Source: Phoronis australis (taxonomy: Eukaryota > Animalia > Phoronida). From it: DNA of 64,000 nucleotides. Numbering within the stretch: the first letter of the stretch is position 1; each line of letters begins with the position of its first letter. Below the pieces are notes generated by a model. The model did not search any database. It saw only the letters and a list, made by a program, of their open reading frames with translations, and was not told where the DNA came from. Of the stretch, positions 1-10,815 are shown piece by piece. The position numbers and the translations under genes were made by a program. The stretch covers positions 95,542 to 159,541 of the forward strand of contig NMRA01000763.1 of assembly GCA_002633005.1 (NCBI GenBank), read 5' to 3'.

Positions 1-189
1 CACATTTACGTGTCAGCTCAGTCGTTCACAGTTTTGTCAAGTGAAGGAAATAATTTAAATCGTCCACTGTCCTCGAAATGGCACCAATCGATTCACAAAT
101 CAACGTGCGTGAATTAGCCGCGCTGCCGAAGAAAGCCTATTAGCAAATTTCTCTTATACTGCATTGATTTTAAGAATTCGAAGAAGTAT

Positions 190-2919
190 TAGTCAGGTTC
201 ACTATGTCCAAATTTTGACAGTCGTTGGAATTTTTTTGGGAAAGTGGAAAGTATACATTCATGGAAACCTCATGGAATGACGAATCAGAAAATAATTGAC
301 TTCATTTTTTCGGTGGCCATCTTGGAGGCCATCTTGAACTTTCAAAAATGGCGCCGGTAAAATGGATTTTGCCCAATATATCCGCAATTGGGTCCCTCAG
401 AATGTTAGTTTTTATGGCTACACCTGCAGTTCTGAAGTCGATGAATTGGAATTTTTAATTTCCTTGGCGGCCGTCTTGGTGGCCATCTTGAAATTTCACA
501 AATGGCGCGCGTAAAATACATTTTGCTCAAAATTTCTGCTCTTTGGTCACTTAGAATGTTATTTTAAATGGCTGCACCCACATTTTGTGGGGTAAAGAAT
601 TGAAAAACACTATTTCTAAAATGATACATATAATCTAAATGATTTTAATAGCAGATACGAACCCCCAGAATATTTTAAGGAATCACAGAAACGCAGATTA
701 TCCTACATGTATATTTACAGTCTACATCTATATCTTGTTGAAAACAGAGACATTTGAGACTCATCTCTTGAAGATTTTGTTATTATTTTCACTGTTAACT
801 TTGGAAACCAGTTCTCCTCTACTCAATGGAAATGCATTTTGCCTTTGACAGTCGGATGGCAGATAAGCTTGGCAGTAACCAGGCTGAGGATCAATGACGA
901 GAACAACAGGAGTTCTAGCCTGCTGGGCAAATCGACCAGAAACATGCTATCAGCCACTATGAATTCACCTTAATACCAAGAGCAATCTTTTCTGCCAATG
1001 GGGCAATGCTGTCATGCACAGACAAATCGAATCGAATCCACCTTCTGAAGAAACTTTCCGAAGCAGACCTCTTAGAACAGGACAGTCCTCAAGCTGCAAG
1101 AGGTTTTAGACCCACAACATCCAATGAGTGTGTTCACCCAAGCCACAAAACTGCACGTGTGGATAGTATGGAAGTGATTTTCTTAACTAGAGATTATAAC
1201 GATATCGTTCTGGTTTTTAACAACCACAAAGACAACTCTTTGAAACAAGCCACAAGAGAAAAAGGAGGCAGAGAAAGGGTCAAGTACAATCTGTACCATA
1301 TAAGAGACGAGACTTACATGAAGAACATCCCATTGAGCCGTTTCCTCTCCCATGACCAAAAAAGGCTCAACTTAATATCTTTATGCAAAGACACTTGAAT
1401 ATAATAAAGACTCTGCCAAGAAAGTCATTACTTCAGCTTCAGGATACGCTTAGAAGAAAACGATCACGAAAAAGCAGATGTATTACTAATACATTGTACT
1501 TCATGCAGTTCTGGCATCACATCAAAAGGTCCCTGATTCTCAGGTGAAGTTTTCTTTTCACCTGAAATAGATTTACTGGTACTCGTCATTGCCTATTATG
1601 ACAGGCTTCTCAGAAATACTTCAGTCCCCATGGCATCTGGGATTGTGAACGTGAATCCAATATGGACAATATTAGTTGCTGTCCGGGCAAATAGCTCTTC
1701 CTGCTTTCCATGCTTTTACATGGATAGACAACACTGGTCCATTCTGTAGGTTGAATATATATTTTGAAGGTAAACACCGATGATATCAATGCACAGCAGA
1801 CTTTTTATACTGCTTATGAAAAAACAGGTGAACCTCTTTTCACATTAGCCCCTTTTACATGTGCATACTCAACTCAGGGTAGTCACAAATAGCATCCCAG
1901 AGCTGAAATAGTACCTCTTCTGTAAACATATGGCTGACAGCGATAAACGTCCACCAAGCATGTGCTGATGGTGTTTATTCAAGCCAGAGTTTGAGGCCAG
2001 GCAATCATTTCTCGACAGGAGTTCCTTGATCCGTTGCAGAATGAACTTACAAGGACAAAGATGACCAGCTGAAACACTCACAACTGAGGAGCCTCCGGCG
2101 CCAGAGGCCATCATTGAGATGGTTAGATGCCAGTGCAAAAAAATTCCTCTTCCCAAAGATGCTCTTGCCGATCAAAGGACCTATTTACACAGATCTATGT
2201 CAGTATATTGCAGAATGTCAGAATGGTGATGACGTGATTCCTGGTGACAGTGATGGCTACAGTAATGATCTATAGACTGACTTCAAAGTTTTGAAAGACT
2301 GTTGACACAACAAGAAACATACTTTCATGTTCTTCAAATGTCAATAAGATGTTAAGGTACTGGTTTAGTTTTAAGTGTTTTGAAGGAAACAAGCTCCGAA
2401 CAAAATATACATGAAAGTAAGATAGTGACGATGTGTCGGATTACATGAAGAATGTATTTGGAAAATGTGGCTGCTAATAAATGGGGTTTGGATTATGTTT
2501 CTCATTTAATAAGTTGCATTTTCAGATTTCTTGACCACAAAAATGTGGGTGCAGCCATTAAAACTAACATTCTAAGTGACCCAAGAGCAAAGATACTGAG
2601 TAAAAATTATTTTACGGGCGCCATTTAAAAAAATCCAAGATGGCTGCCAAGATGGCGCCCAAAAATTAAAATTTCCAATTCCTTGACCTGAGAAATGCAG
2701 GTGTCATAAAAACCAACATTCTTAGTGACCCAAAAGTGGAGATATTGGGCAAAATCCATTTTTCCGGGGCCATTTTTGAAAATCCAAGATGGCCACCAAG
2801 ATGGCCGCCAAAAATGGAATCAATTTTTTTCTGATTTGTCATTCCATGAGGTTTCCAAAAATGTATAGTTTCCATTTTCCCCCAAAAATTCCAACAAAAT
2901 TATATAACAAACCTGACTA
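190..2919 (+). mobile_element. Degenerate Academ (AcademX-type) DNA transposon with ~430-bp TIRs and 3-bp TSD (TAT)
   Basis: Termini TAGTCAGG (190) and CCTGACTA (2919). Long imperfect TIRs ~190-620 and ~2500-2919. TAT on both flanks (187-189, 2920-2922). The broken internal ORF has XPG/PIN-like motifs (DHEKADVLL, FSPEIDLLVL, LPAFHAFTWID) and a C-terminal Cys cluster (EMVRCQCKK..RCSCRSK). Confidence 0.8.
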
Positions 2920-4304
2920 TATCTCAATCACTACGCATTCGACCAAGCTCATGAATAGCGACTAGCTCATTTCAATTCTTGACGATGCCATCAAGCCATC
3001 GATGTGCCGAGAAATTCGCTTGACACGCTGGGGTGAGCAGCGCGCGTTTTTTCATCCACTATGCAAAAGATACGCCTATACTGTAGAGATAGCATTATTA
3101 GAAGTATATACAGTGATAGTAATAGTATCGTTATTAGAGGTGTTATACATGTACATGTAGGTATCAACAGAGGTTATTGAACTAGTGGTACCGGGAATTT
3201 CCGAAATAGGCCCATTGGCGAATATTCGGAAAACGACCTTAAAAAGTCAAATAAAACCAAATATACCCGGACGTATTTTCTGAAGAGGGGGGGGGGCGTA
3301 TTTTCGAAACCTGCGTCAATGAAGCTGTCCTCTTCATACGGTTAATTACCAACCGTCACCGACTATTCCTTTAAACGACAGTCATTGGAATGAAATCGTT
3401 ATCGTAAAATAGAATGTATTGTCAAGATTAGCAAAACTTTACATGAAAACTTATTACATACGTATTTCAGAACAATACATCTCATTGCATAACATGCGAG
3501 CAGTTACCCAAAATTCGCCGATGCGCGAACCTTTGAAATTTTTACGAAAATACAGCAGCAGCAGCAGCGGTAGTAGTACTATAACTGTAATGCTACAGTA
3601 ATCGTTGTAGAAGTTGCATAATAACTCCAACGACATTTTCTATTAGGCTATCATGGGTACAAATATCATCATTTACGGTGCACAAGCTCAAACCAGCGTC
3701 AGTTCATCCCAAGGTCGGAAGAGCGTTCTAAAGTCAAAATTTTCTGCTATTTCTGCCTTGAAAATTAACACAAAAGAAACGGGACTATTTTACGAGTATG
3801 CTCGGGCTCTTTACTAGTGTCTCGAGACAAAATGGCGGCCACTGTAGTGATTGGTCGGTGATGTTGGACTGTTGAATTGTGGGATTGAGCTCCCTCTTGC
3901 CGTTACATAGGTGAAGATTTTTTTGCTGCAAGAGTACAGTCACCTTGTTACAGTTGAACAACGCACTTGACGTCATGTAACAATCATACTAATCCAGCGG
4001 ATCATTTTTGACGGTTTATGCAACCCAGCATAGGTTAACTTCGAATTTAATGTAATGCGAAAGAGAAATGGTAATATTTCTAAACGAACCCGTGTTAACA
4101 GTGGTGGAACTGCCAATGAGTTTCATTCGGTACAGGGTGATATTAAATTTACAACACCAACTTGCCGTGTCAAAGAACCAAAAGATGGAGCTGCATGGGA
4201 CTTAATGACTTAAAGTGAGGATAAAAGCAAACGCGTTTCACAATATGATGTGGCCAAAAGATGGCGTGTAGATCAGACTAAAATGTTGGCAATATATGTT
4301 CCAC

Positions 4305-4310
4305 TTTATT
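4305..4310 (-). terminator. Putative AATAAA polyadenylation signal of the CTHRC1-domain gene
   Basis: TTTATT on the + strand, ~145 nt downstream of the stop codon at 4456. Confidence 0.45.
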
Positions 4311-4455
4311 CCAATTAGTAGAATAACAATGAAGATTCTCTAGACCATGTACATGCACGTTGCCTTTGGATGAGAGCGTTTGGTTTGACTAAACCTTCCA
4401 ACTGGAATGGATCCTCGACCTTGTGAATGCGCGATTCCTACGGCTTGTCTATCGT

Positions 4456-4622
4456 CTACAGCTCTTCTATGACGACATTCATCGGCGTGAAAACGTCAGT
4501 GCCTGTAATCGCTTGACAGGTGGGCACGTTGCCGCGAGGATGCATGCATTGACCAACAGATAAGCCCAGTTTCAAATTACCGCTGAAAGCGCCGTCTGCA
4601 GTGCCGTAGCAAATGCCCGAAA
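4456..4622 (-). CDS. CTHRC1-domain/coiled-coil secreted protein, exon 4 (last)
   Basis: cttgcAG acceptor, phase 1. VSGICYG...LGLSVGQC...ITGTDVFTPMNVVIEEL* resembles the CTHRC1 C-terminus (SVEGLCEG..VAIWVGTC..STGWNSVSRIIIEEL). Confidence 0.85.
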
Positions 4623-4849
4623 CTGCAAGAGATAACTTAGGAATAGAAAGAGACTCATGCTTTTCATCGGGAGGCAGTGTGGGCAAAATGGGAAAGAGTT
4701 ACATAAGTCCATAATTTAAACACGCTTGCCAATATCAAAGCCGAAATTTTAACGTGCTTTTATTGTGACGGGGCAAATTTCACAGAGCACGAGCGAAAAT
4801 TGTTGAACGGGCCCCTCTTAGTTCCTGTCAGTTTTCTGACAAACGATGA

Positions 4850-5560
4850 CACGACTACATTTCTTCGTTTCTAGTTGTAAGTCGTCATTCTTTACATACC
4901 GACGGTCACCTAGACCTCATTTGGCCAACTCAAATTCGAATTCTCTTAAGAAAACCGCCAAAACGGCCCGTAAAGCGTGACTCAGAAAAAAATAAACCTA
5001 CCAATTTTCTTTATGAAGGACTCTGTTGGTAGATGGGGTGGATATGACAGGGGGTCGGGAATCGAACCAATGGTTCAAATACGGAGCTAGGGGGTGAGTA
5101 AAATACGCCTTTCGTACCCGAAATGATCCTCCTGTAAAATAAACGAGGCTGGCATCTGACGAACCCTTCCCCTTCAATTTGTTTCAACCTCGTTTGAAAA
5201 TTTTCTGACTGTGGGTCCGCCTACGTACATGTACAAAACACTTCGTAAACATTTTGTCGACCGGGCGACAATCTGGGTAGATGTTGACTGTACAGTATGT
5301 ATCGTCGCACACGTCATGTATTGTGGCACTCGGCATGTACATGTACATGTATATTGTGGACACTACAAGAATAATATCGAGTCCGACAATATACATACAC
5401 AAATGTAACGAGAGTGGCGTAGATGAAGTAATATCCCACGAGACATTATTAAGCGTATCGACCGGAATAATGTCGAGTCCCATACACTTCGAATTCCTAA
5501 CTTTCTTTAATTTTTCGACAGATTTTTTAAATAATTCACTCAGACTGTTCACGTGGCGGA
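4850..5560 (-). mobile_element. Decayed non-LTR retrotransposon (LINE) RT fragment in intron 3
   Basis: VEKLKKVRNSKCMGLDIIPVDTL..PLSL and CRPV...SQKIFKR resemble the LINE RT N-terminal K-x-x-G-x-D-x-IP and YRPIS..KIFE motifs. Interrupted by catgta repeats and stops. Confidence 0.4.
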
Positions 5561-6216
5561 CCACATCCTATATGGATGTACTTGGGCGTTAGGTTGCAAG
5601 TTTTCTCTAATAAAAGTAACAGTTTTAAATGTAGCAAATAATTACTTGAAAAAGATATAACAAATACATGTATGAAAACAGTGGTAACTGTGCATTGAAC
5701 TTGGCTAAATAACAACAATTTTGATATTGCAGTTACCCAGGAATCGGCGCTTGAGTTGCAGACGATATAATATTGAGCAATTAAAAACTGAGACACAACT
5801 GTAATATAATTAACAGTCCTGTTCCAGATGTTACCATTGGGACCGGATTGCATTACACTGCCGCAACTGTATTACTTTAAACTATTTTCCGAAAGTTTGA
5901 TGATCGACCCGACTAAAGACGTCGAGTCGACATAGACCTACATGTACATGTACCTTTTGAACTACTTTCCATGTCGAACGAGCCCACCATTTGGCAAAGA
6001 GGGCAAAAAGTCCGCCTCAGAGAAACAAAAAGTCTGAGAAAACGAGACAAAAGTCCACTAAAAAGGCGCAGACCCACAGTGAAGGAGGTACCCCGTTTTT
6101 TTTTTAGTCCTCGCTCGCTTTTTGTCAGTAAAAGGTCCACATCGCCCGAAATTCGAGCCCCCCATATTAAAGGCTGGGTGCGTGCACGGACTGACTGTTT
6201 TGTGCAGTGTTCTTAC

Positions 6217-6421
6217 CCGTCGCCGGCAACATATAACCAACACTGTTGCCACTCTTCCCTATAATGTTCTCCACAGAGCTCGGAGAAGAGCACGTCTTCC
6301 CATTGATGGTGAAGTACCACCGCGAACAACAGAACCGACCGTCCCTAGGATTGACGAGTAGATTCCCGTGAAAGGTCAGTCGCAAGCCTGTCGAACGACT
6401 TGTCTTGGCGAATGGGAAGGC
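6217..6421 (-). CDS. CTHRC1-domain/coiled-coil secreted protein, exon 3
   Basis: atttcAG / GTaaga sites, 205 nt. AFPFAKTSRSTGLRLTFHGNL..FCCSRWYFTINGKTCSSP matches CTHRC1 FTKMRSNSALRVLFSGSL..CCQRWYFTFNGAECSGP. Confidence 0.88.
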
Positions 6422-6967
6422 CTGAAATATTTATGAAATCTTGTGTACGTTTACACGGATCTGCTGTCGTATACGAATGTCGCAGATATACGACAGTCGC
6501 ACGAAACTTCCGACCGTAGAGACGTGCTATGGCAGGTTTTTTTATTATCTAAATCTACAATCGTAATCGATTTGTCGTTCAGACAACATACATGTATTAG
6601 CCACCACAAGAGACCAATTGTCAATCATTGTACAGTGTATGCTATTTTACCACGTGACCGAGTGATATGTTGACAACTGATCAACGTCTCTCTCGAGTGT
6701 GCCATCAATCTTTTGCAAGAGTGGTTACTTACCCATGCGGCAGTACATACATGTAGTCGTATACTTTCACGACAATCGAATCGGGGTTTAACGGCGAGCA
6801 GACGACCCCTTAGTTGAATAGTGTATACATAAACAAAATATTTCTACACTTGAAAGAGAAATGAAAATGTCGGTGCATTTGAGATAAAATAAAAAATCTA
6901 GCGTAGTCGTCGTTCAATGATCAGTGATAACAATACGTTGATAAGGAGTTAAACGATTACAGCTTAC

Positions 6968-7044
6968 TTTAATTTCTCCGTTATTCTGGTTCGTGAAAGT
7001 AGTCCATGTGAAGTGTTGGATTTTGTAGTTAAACATGTTAGAAC
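6968..7044 (-). CDS. CTHRC1-domain/coiled-coil secreted protein, exon 2
   Basis: tttttacAG / GTaagc sites, 77 nt, phases 1->0 fit the neighbouring exons. NYKIQHFTW..NNGEIK resembles CTHRC1 NYKQCSW..DLGKI. Confidence 0.8.
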
Positions 7045-7674
7045 CTGTAAAAAGCAAAAATAACATTGGAATTATATGAACTTGAACTGAGGGATATACA
7101 GCGAACAGGCCTTTAGACACCAAAACATCGCCCAGTGATTTAACAACGGTTAGGTCAGTCTTCAGTTATGTGACAAGTCGGCCATTCCCAATGATTCCTT
7201 ATCTGAACAAGATGCCATTTTACTGCGATATGTATCTCATTTCATAAGTTAACAGTTTCCAGTAACCCGTTCGTTTGTAACAAAATATTGCCACCACAAG
7301 ACCGCAGTTTGAAAACGGCTGATATCGGCCAACAGTGAAAAACGCTTTCGGCCGGGTTCTCGATAGATGACTGGTCAATCAATAGGGTCTATTTTACAAA
7401 GATACAGAACGGACAGGTAATCACGTGTAATTTCCTTGGGAGTACAGATCACCTAAAACGAAACATTACAAACCAACCCTCGAACTTCATTGAAGTCATC
7501 ATTTTTGTATTAGAAACAAGGAGTAAATATCAACGTCCCAGTTGTTCTAAAATCTGAATCAACGGTACGGCAATGCCCTTAAAAGGATTTGTATATTTTT
7601 GGTTTTCATCAAGCAGAGTTAACTTTTCGATAGTGACAGAAAAAATTGGTAAAAATAAATTCATAGGCCTTTAC

Positions 7675-8521
7675 CTTTAACAGAATTTAGTTGTGTTCCC
7701 AGTGTGAGTATTGACCGCGAGTTCGCTCTTGCTTGTTGGACTAGACTCTGCTGATTAGACATTAACGACGTGACGTCGGCCCTGATGCCTGAAACAGATG
7801 AATTGCACGAACACGATGGAGACGAAGATGCCTGCTTCCTCTCCAGCTCGGACACTTTCAGCATGGTCAGTCGGAAGTTGTTCTCCAAGTCCTGATTTTG
7901 CTTGCTGATTCGGGACGAGAGGTTTTTGACTTCCTTGTCGAGTTTCAATTGGTCTTGTGCAATTTGGAAATTGTGCAAAGCGGTAGCCGTTAGGATATCA
8001 TCATGTTTCTTCAACGTTCCTTCTGCCGCCTTCACTTTCTTCTCCAGAGCAGACGATACCCCGCCGCTCAATGTGTTGAGTCTCCTCTCATGTGTAGTAA
8101 CCATTGCACTTAGCTGTAGCTGCTGAGACAGGCAGGCGGTAAGCTGACTTCTAAATCTGTCGAGAGTTGTCTTCAAATCGCCTGCGATCGATTCTACTCG
8201 GTCCAATTGTAACTTTTGCCTCACTGTTTCATTGACGGCATTATCGAGTGAGTCGACAACCTTTCCGACGGATGCGTTCAACTGGTCAATTTCTGTCTGC
8301 GCACGAACGACTCTCGACAGCAGTTCATCATGTTGCTTTACGTTGGTTTTTGATTGCAACAAGATCCCTACGTTGTGAAGTTCTTTTTTAAGCAACGACA
8401 GTTGTGAATTAATTGTTTGACCCTGATCAATGCTCGACACCGTCCCCTGATCAACGCTTGAAACGGTGGCAATCGACAGCGCTATGCATAGAAACCTGGC
8501 AAAACTTGCGAAAACGCCCAT
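7675..8521 (-). CDS. CTHRC1-domain/coiled-coil secreted protein, exon 1 (signal peptide plus coiled coil)
   Basis: 847-nt open frame from ATG 8521. Hydrophobic signal peptide MGVFASFARFLCIALSIATVSS, then heptad-rich helical sequence. Donor AAG|GTaaag, phase 1. Confidence 0.85.
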
Positions 8522-9216
8522 GTTGACAAGTGCACTGGTACGCGAAAACACAAAGCGGCACTAGCTTTTCTCGCAGTATGTGCAACACTATAGCACCAGA
8601 ACAGAGGATGTGTATTACGAGTCTTTTAAAAACACTACGTGTTAATCACTAATTATAATTAATAATAGATCCAGTAGCATTATATTATACTGTAGGCCCG
8701 CGGCTACTGTATCATTGTTTTCCGTTTGGTCTTGGAACGTTTGTCCAAAGTCAGTGATAACGCCCTCGAAACGTCCTAGACAATTACTCGTTGTGCAAAC
8801 CGTACGTCGATATAAGGCAAAGTTTGACAAACAGGGGCAAACTTGGGTGTTAGGTGCGATACGGTGTTATTTCCGTGCTCCACATAGTCACAGACATTCT
8901 GTTGCTGGAGGACTGTTGCACTTCTCAGCGTGGTTTCACGACCTACTTGGCACATGAGGTCGGGACCGAGTGTCATCAAAATCTTTCCTGGTGCGCATTG
9001 GTGACCGGTTTTTAATCTTATTGTGGCCAAAAACTGATTTAATAAGCATTATTAGGTATTGGAGCCCTCGCTAATACCGCATGAAGGTCCAGTTTAGATT
9101 CTCAAAAAGGTCACCGCGACGCCGCCCATTGCACCAACCTTGTAGTTCGTAAATGCAACTTATAAGAATATCACTGATCGCAGATAGCGCCTTTACAGGT
9201 AGCCAATATATACAAA

Positions 9217-9234
9217 CACGCACGAGCACACACA

Positions 9235-9267
<33 letters not shown>

Positions 9268-9296
9268 GCACGCACGCACACACACACACACACACA
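9217..9296. repeat. (CACG)n/(CA)n microsatellite
   Basis: Visible directly in the sequence. Confidence 0.95.
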
Positions 9297-10197
9297 GTCA
9301 CATATAGGCATACCATATAGATATATTAATATGTACATGTAAACATTGTACGACCATGTCGTTTGACATCAGCAAGTAATTCATTTAGACTAGTCTTCCA
9401 CGTCAACTATCCTCGGCCTGGCCAACGTTCCGCTGATGACCGGTTTCTACTTGAAGAGACATGGATTTCACACTTGTCAAATGTGACCACCTTCGCTATC
9501 AGACTATGACTTGCCAATCACCGGCTGTCAACCACATTCTTCGGATGATCCACAACCTCAATATCCCTTTGAATGTTTACGTAGTTCATCGCATGAGCGA
9601 CGAAAATTTCCAATCTTGCAAGATAGTACCACCTGATGGCGACCTTTGACGTAAACGTAATCGCCCAATGGCGGACAATGCCTCAAAGTCGGTCGTTGCT
9701 CAAGATATCTTTGTCGGAAGCCTTGTGTCTATGATTTGACTGAGGCATTATTCCAATCTCCCAAAACATAAAAGATGCGCCCAATGTTTAAAAAGTCGAT
9801 ATTTGTGCAAACCTCTTACACCATACAGCTATGATCCCCATCAAATTGATAAAGCATCACTTGCTAACAACATGTCCACAGCACAGTGACTGCACTTAAT
9901 CGCCTTCGCCTAACACATCGCATTGGTTCTCAATGACGACTTTCGACTTTTAAACCAATCAGATGTCAATCAAGTGCAGCACTCCGGACAAGTTTACATT
10001 GGCCTTTTGCGGATGGCCAAAATTCATCGCCTAAACACCCGAGATGTCATTATTTAAAGCTGTACTTAACACTGCATTGATGGCTAGAAACTGCAATGCC
10101 CTATACTCCCCATAGAATTGGTTTCATACTATTCCTTACTGTGACAGACTTCTATTTCCCTTACCAACAAGAACCAGAACTCAAGAAAATGCATTAG

Positions 10198-10203
10198 TTT
10201 ATT
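10198..10203 (-). terminator. Putative AATAAA polyadenylation signal of ANAPC5
   Basis: TTTATT on the + strand, ~500 nt past the ANAPC5 stop. Confidence 0.45.
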
Positions 10204-10707
10204 GGGATTGGCCAAGCCAAAAATTGTAATTGAGCAAATGCCCCATGCACCCACTGTCTGTTACTGGAGTTGCCAGCTAATTCAACCTGGTAATGTTTTT
10301 AAACCCTGGTTAAGAGATTCAAGTTAATAGGTGGACAGGAGCCGAATGCTCCAATTCACATTCTGCCATTGTCAGTTTGAGTGACATCTTTATGTAATAG
10401 GTCCTCATTCAAGACAAACTATCCTCACATTTCATACAACGATACTGGTATATTCGGTGATACCACAGCACATACATTGACATCATCTCATCCAAATTCA
10501 TGTCTCAGTTCCAAATATCTTCTGACTCTGATATTTGTGCGACATCAGAGCACCACCTGTGGACAGTAAACAGGCAACAATCTCACACCTCCACACATTG
10601 GCATCAAATGATTTTCAGCACACAATTAAAAGTGACATTGTGTGGCAACATAATTCCTCACGTCAACATTACATATACTGTCATCATTACATTTCTCTGT
10701 CCAAAGG

Positions 10708-10815
10708 TCAGAATATCACATGGCGACACGCAGGCAACTGGTCATCTAATTGGCGGAACTCCAGAGCACACTTGTTCCTCTCCATCTGGTAGCCAAGTTC
10801 ATTGTACATAAGAGC
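10708..10815 (-). CDS. ANAPC5: ANAPC5 coding exon 16 (last)
   Basis: tttcAG acceptor; ALMYNELGYQMERNKCALEFRQLDDQLPACRHVIF*. Confidence 0.92.
   Translation of the reverse strand, partial: ALMYNELGYQMERNKCALEFRQLDDQLPACRHVIF

Noticed and set aside
5045-5075. tRNA/SINE from a minus-strand GGTTCGATTCCC B-box
   Set aside because: No A-box, cloverleaf or TSD could be found.
8522-8551. Upstream GTG start given in the ORF track for the coiled-coil gene
   Set aside because: Eukaryotic gene; the ATG at 8521 directly precedes the signal peptide.
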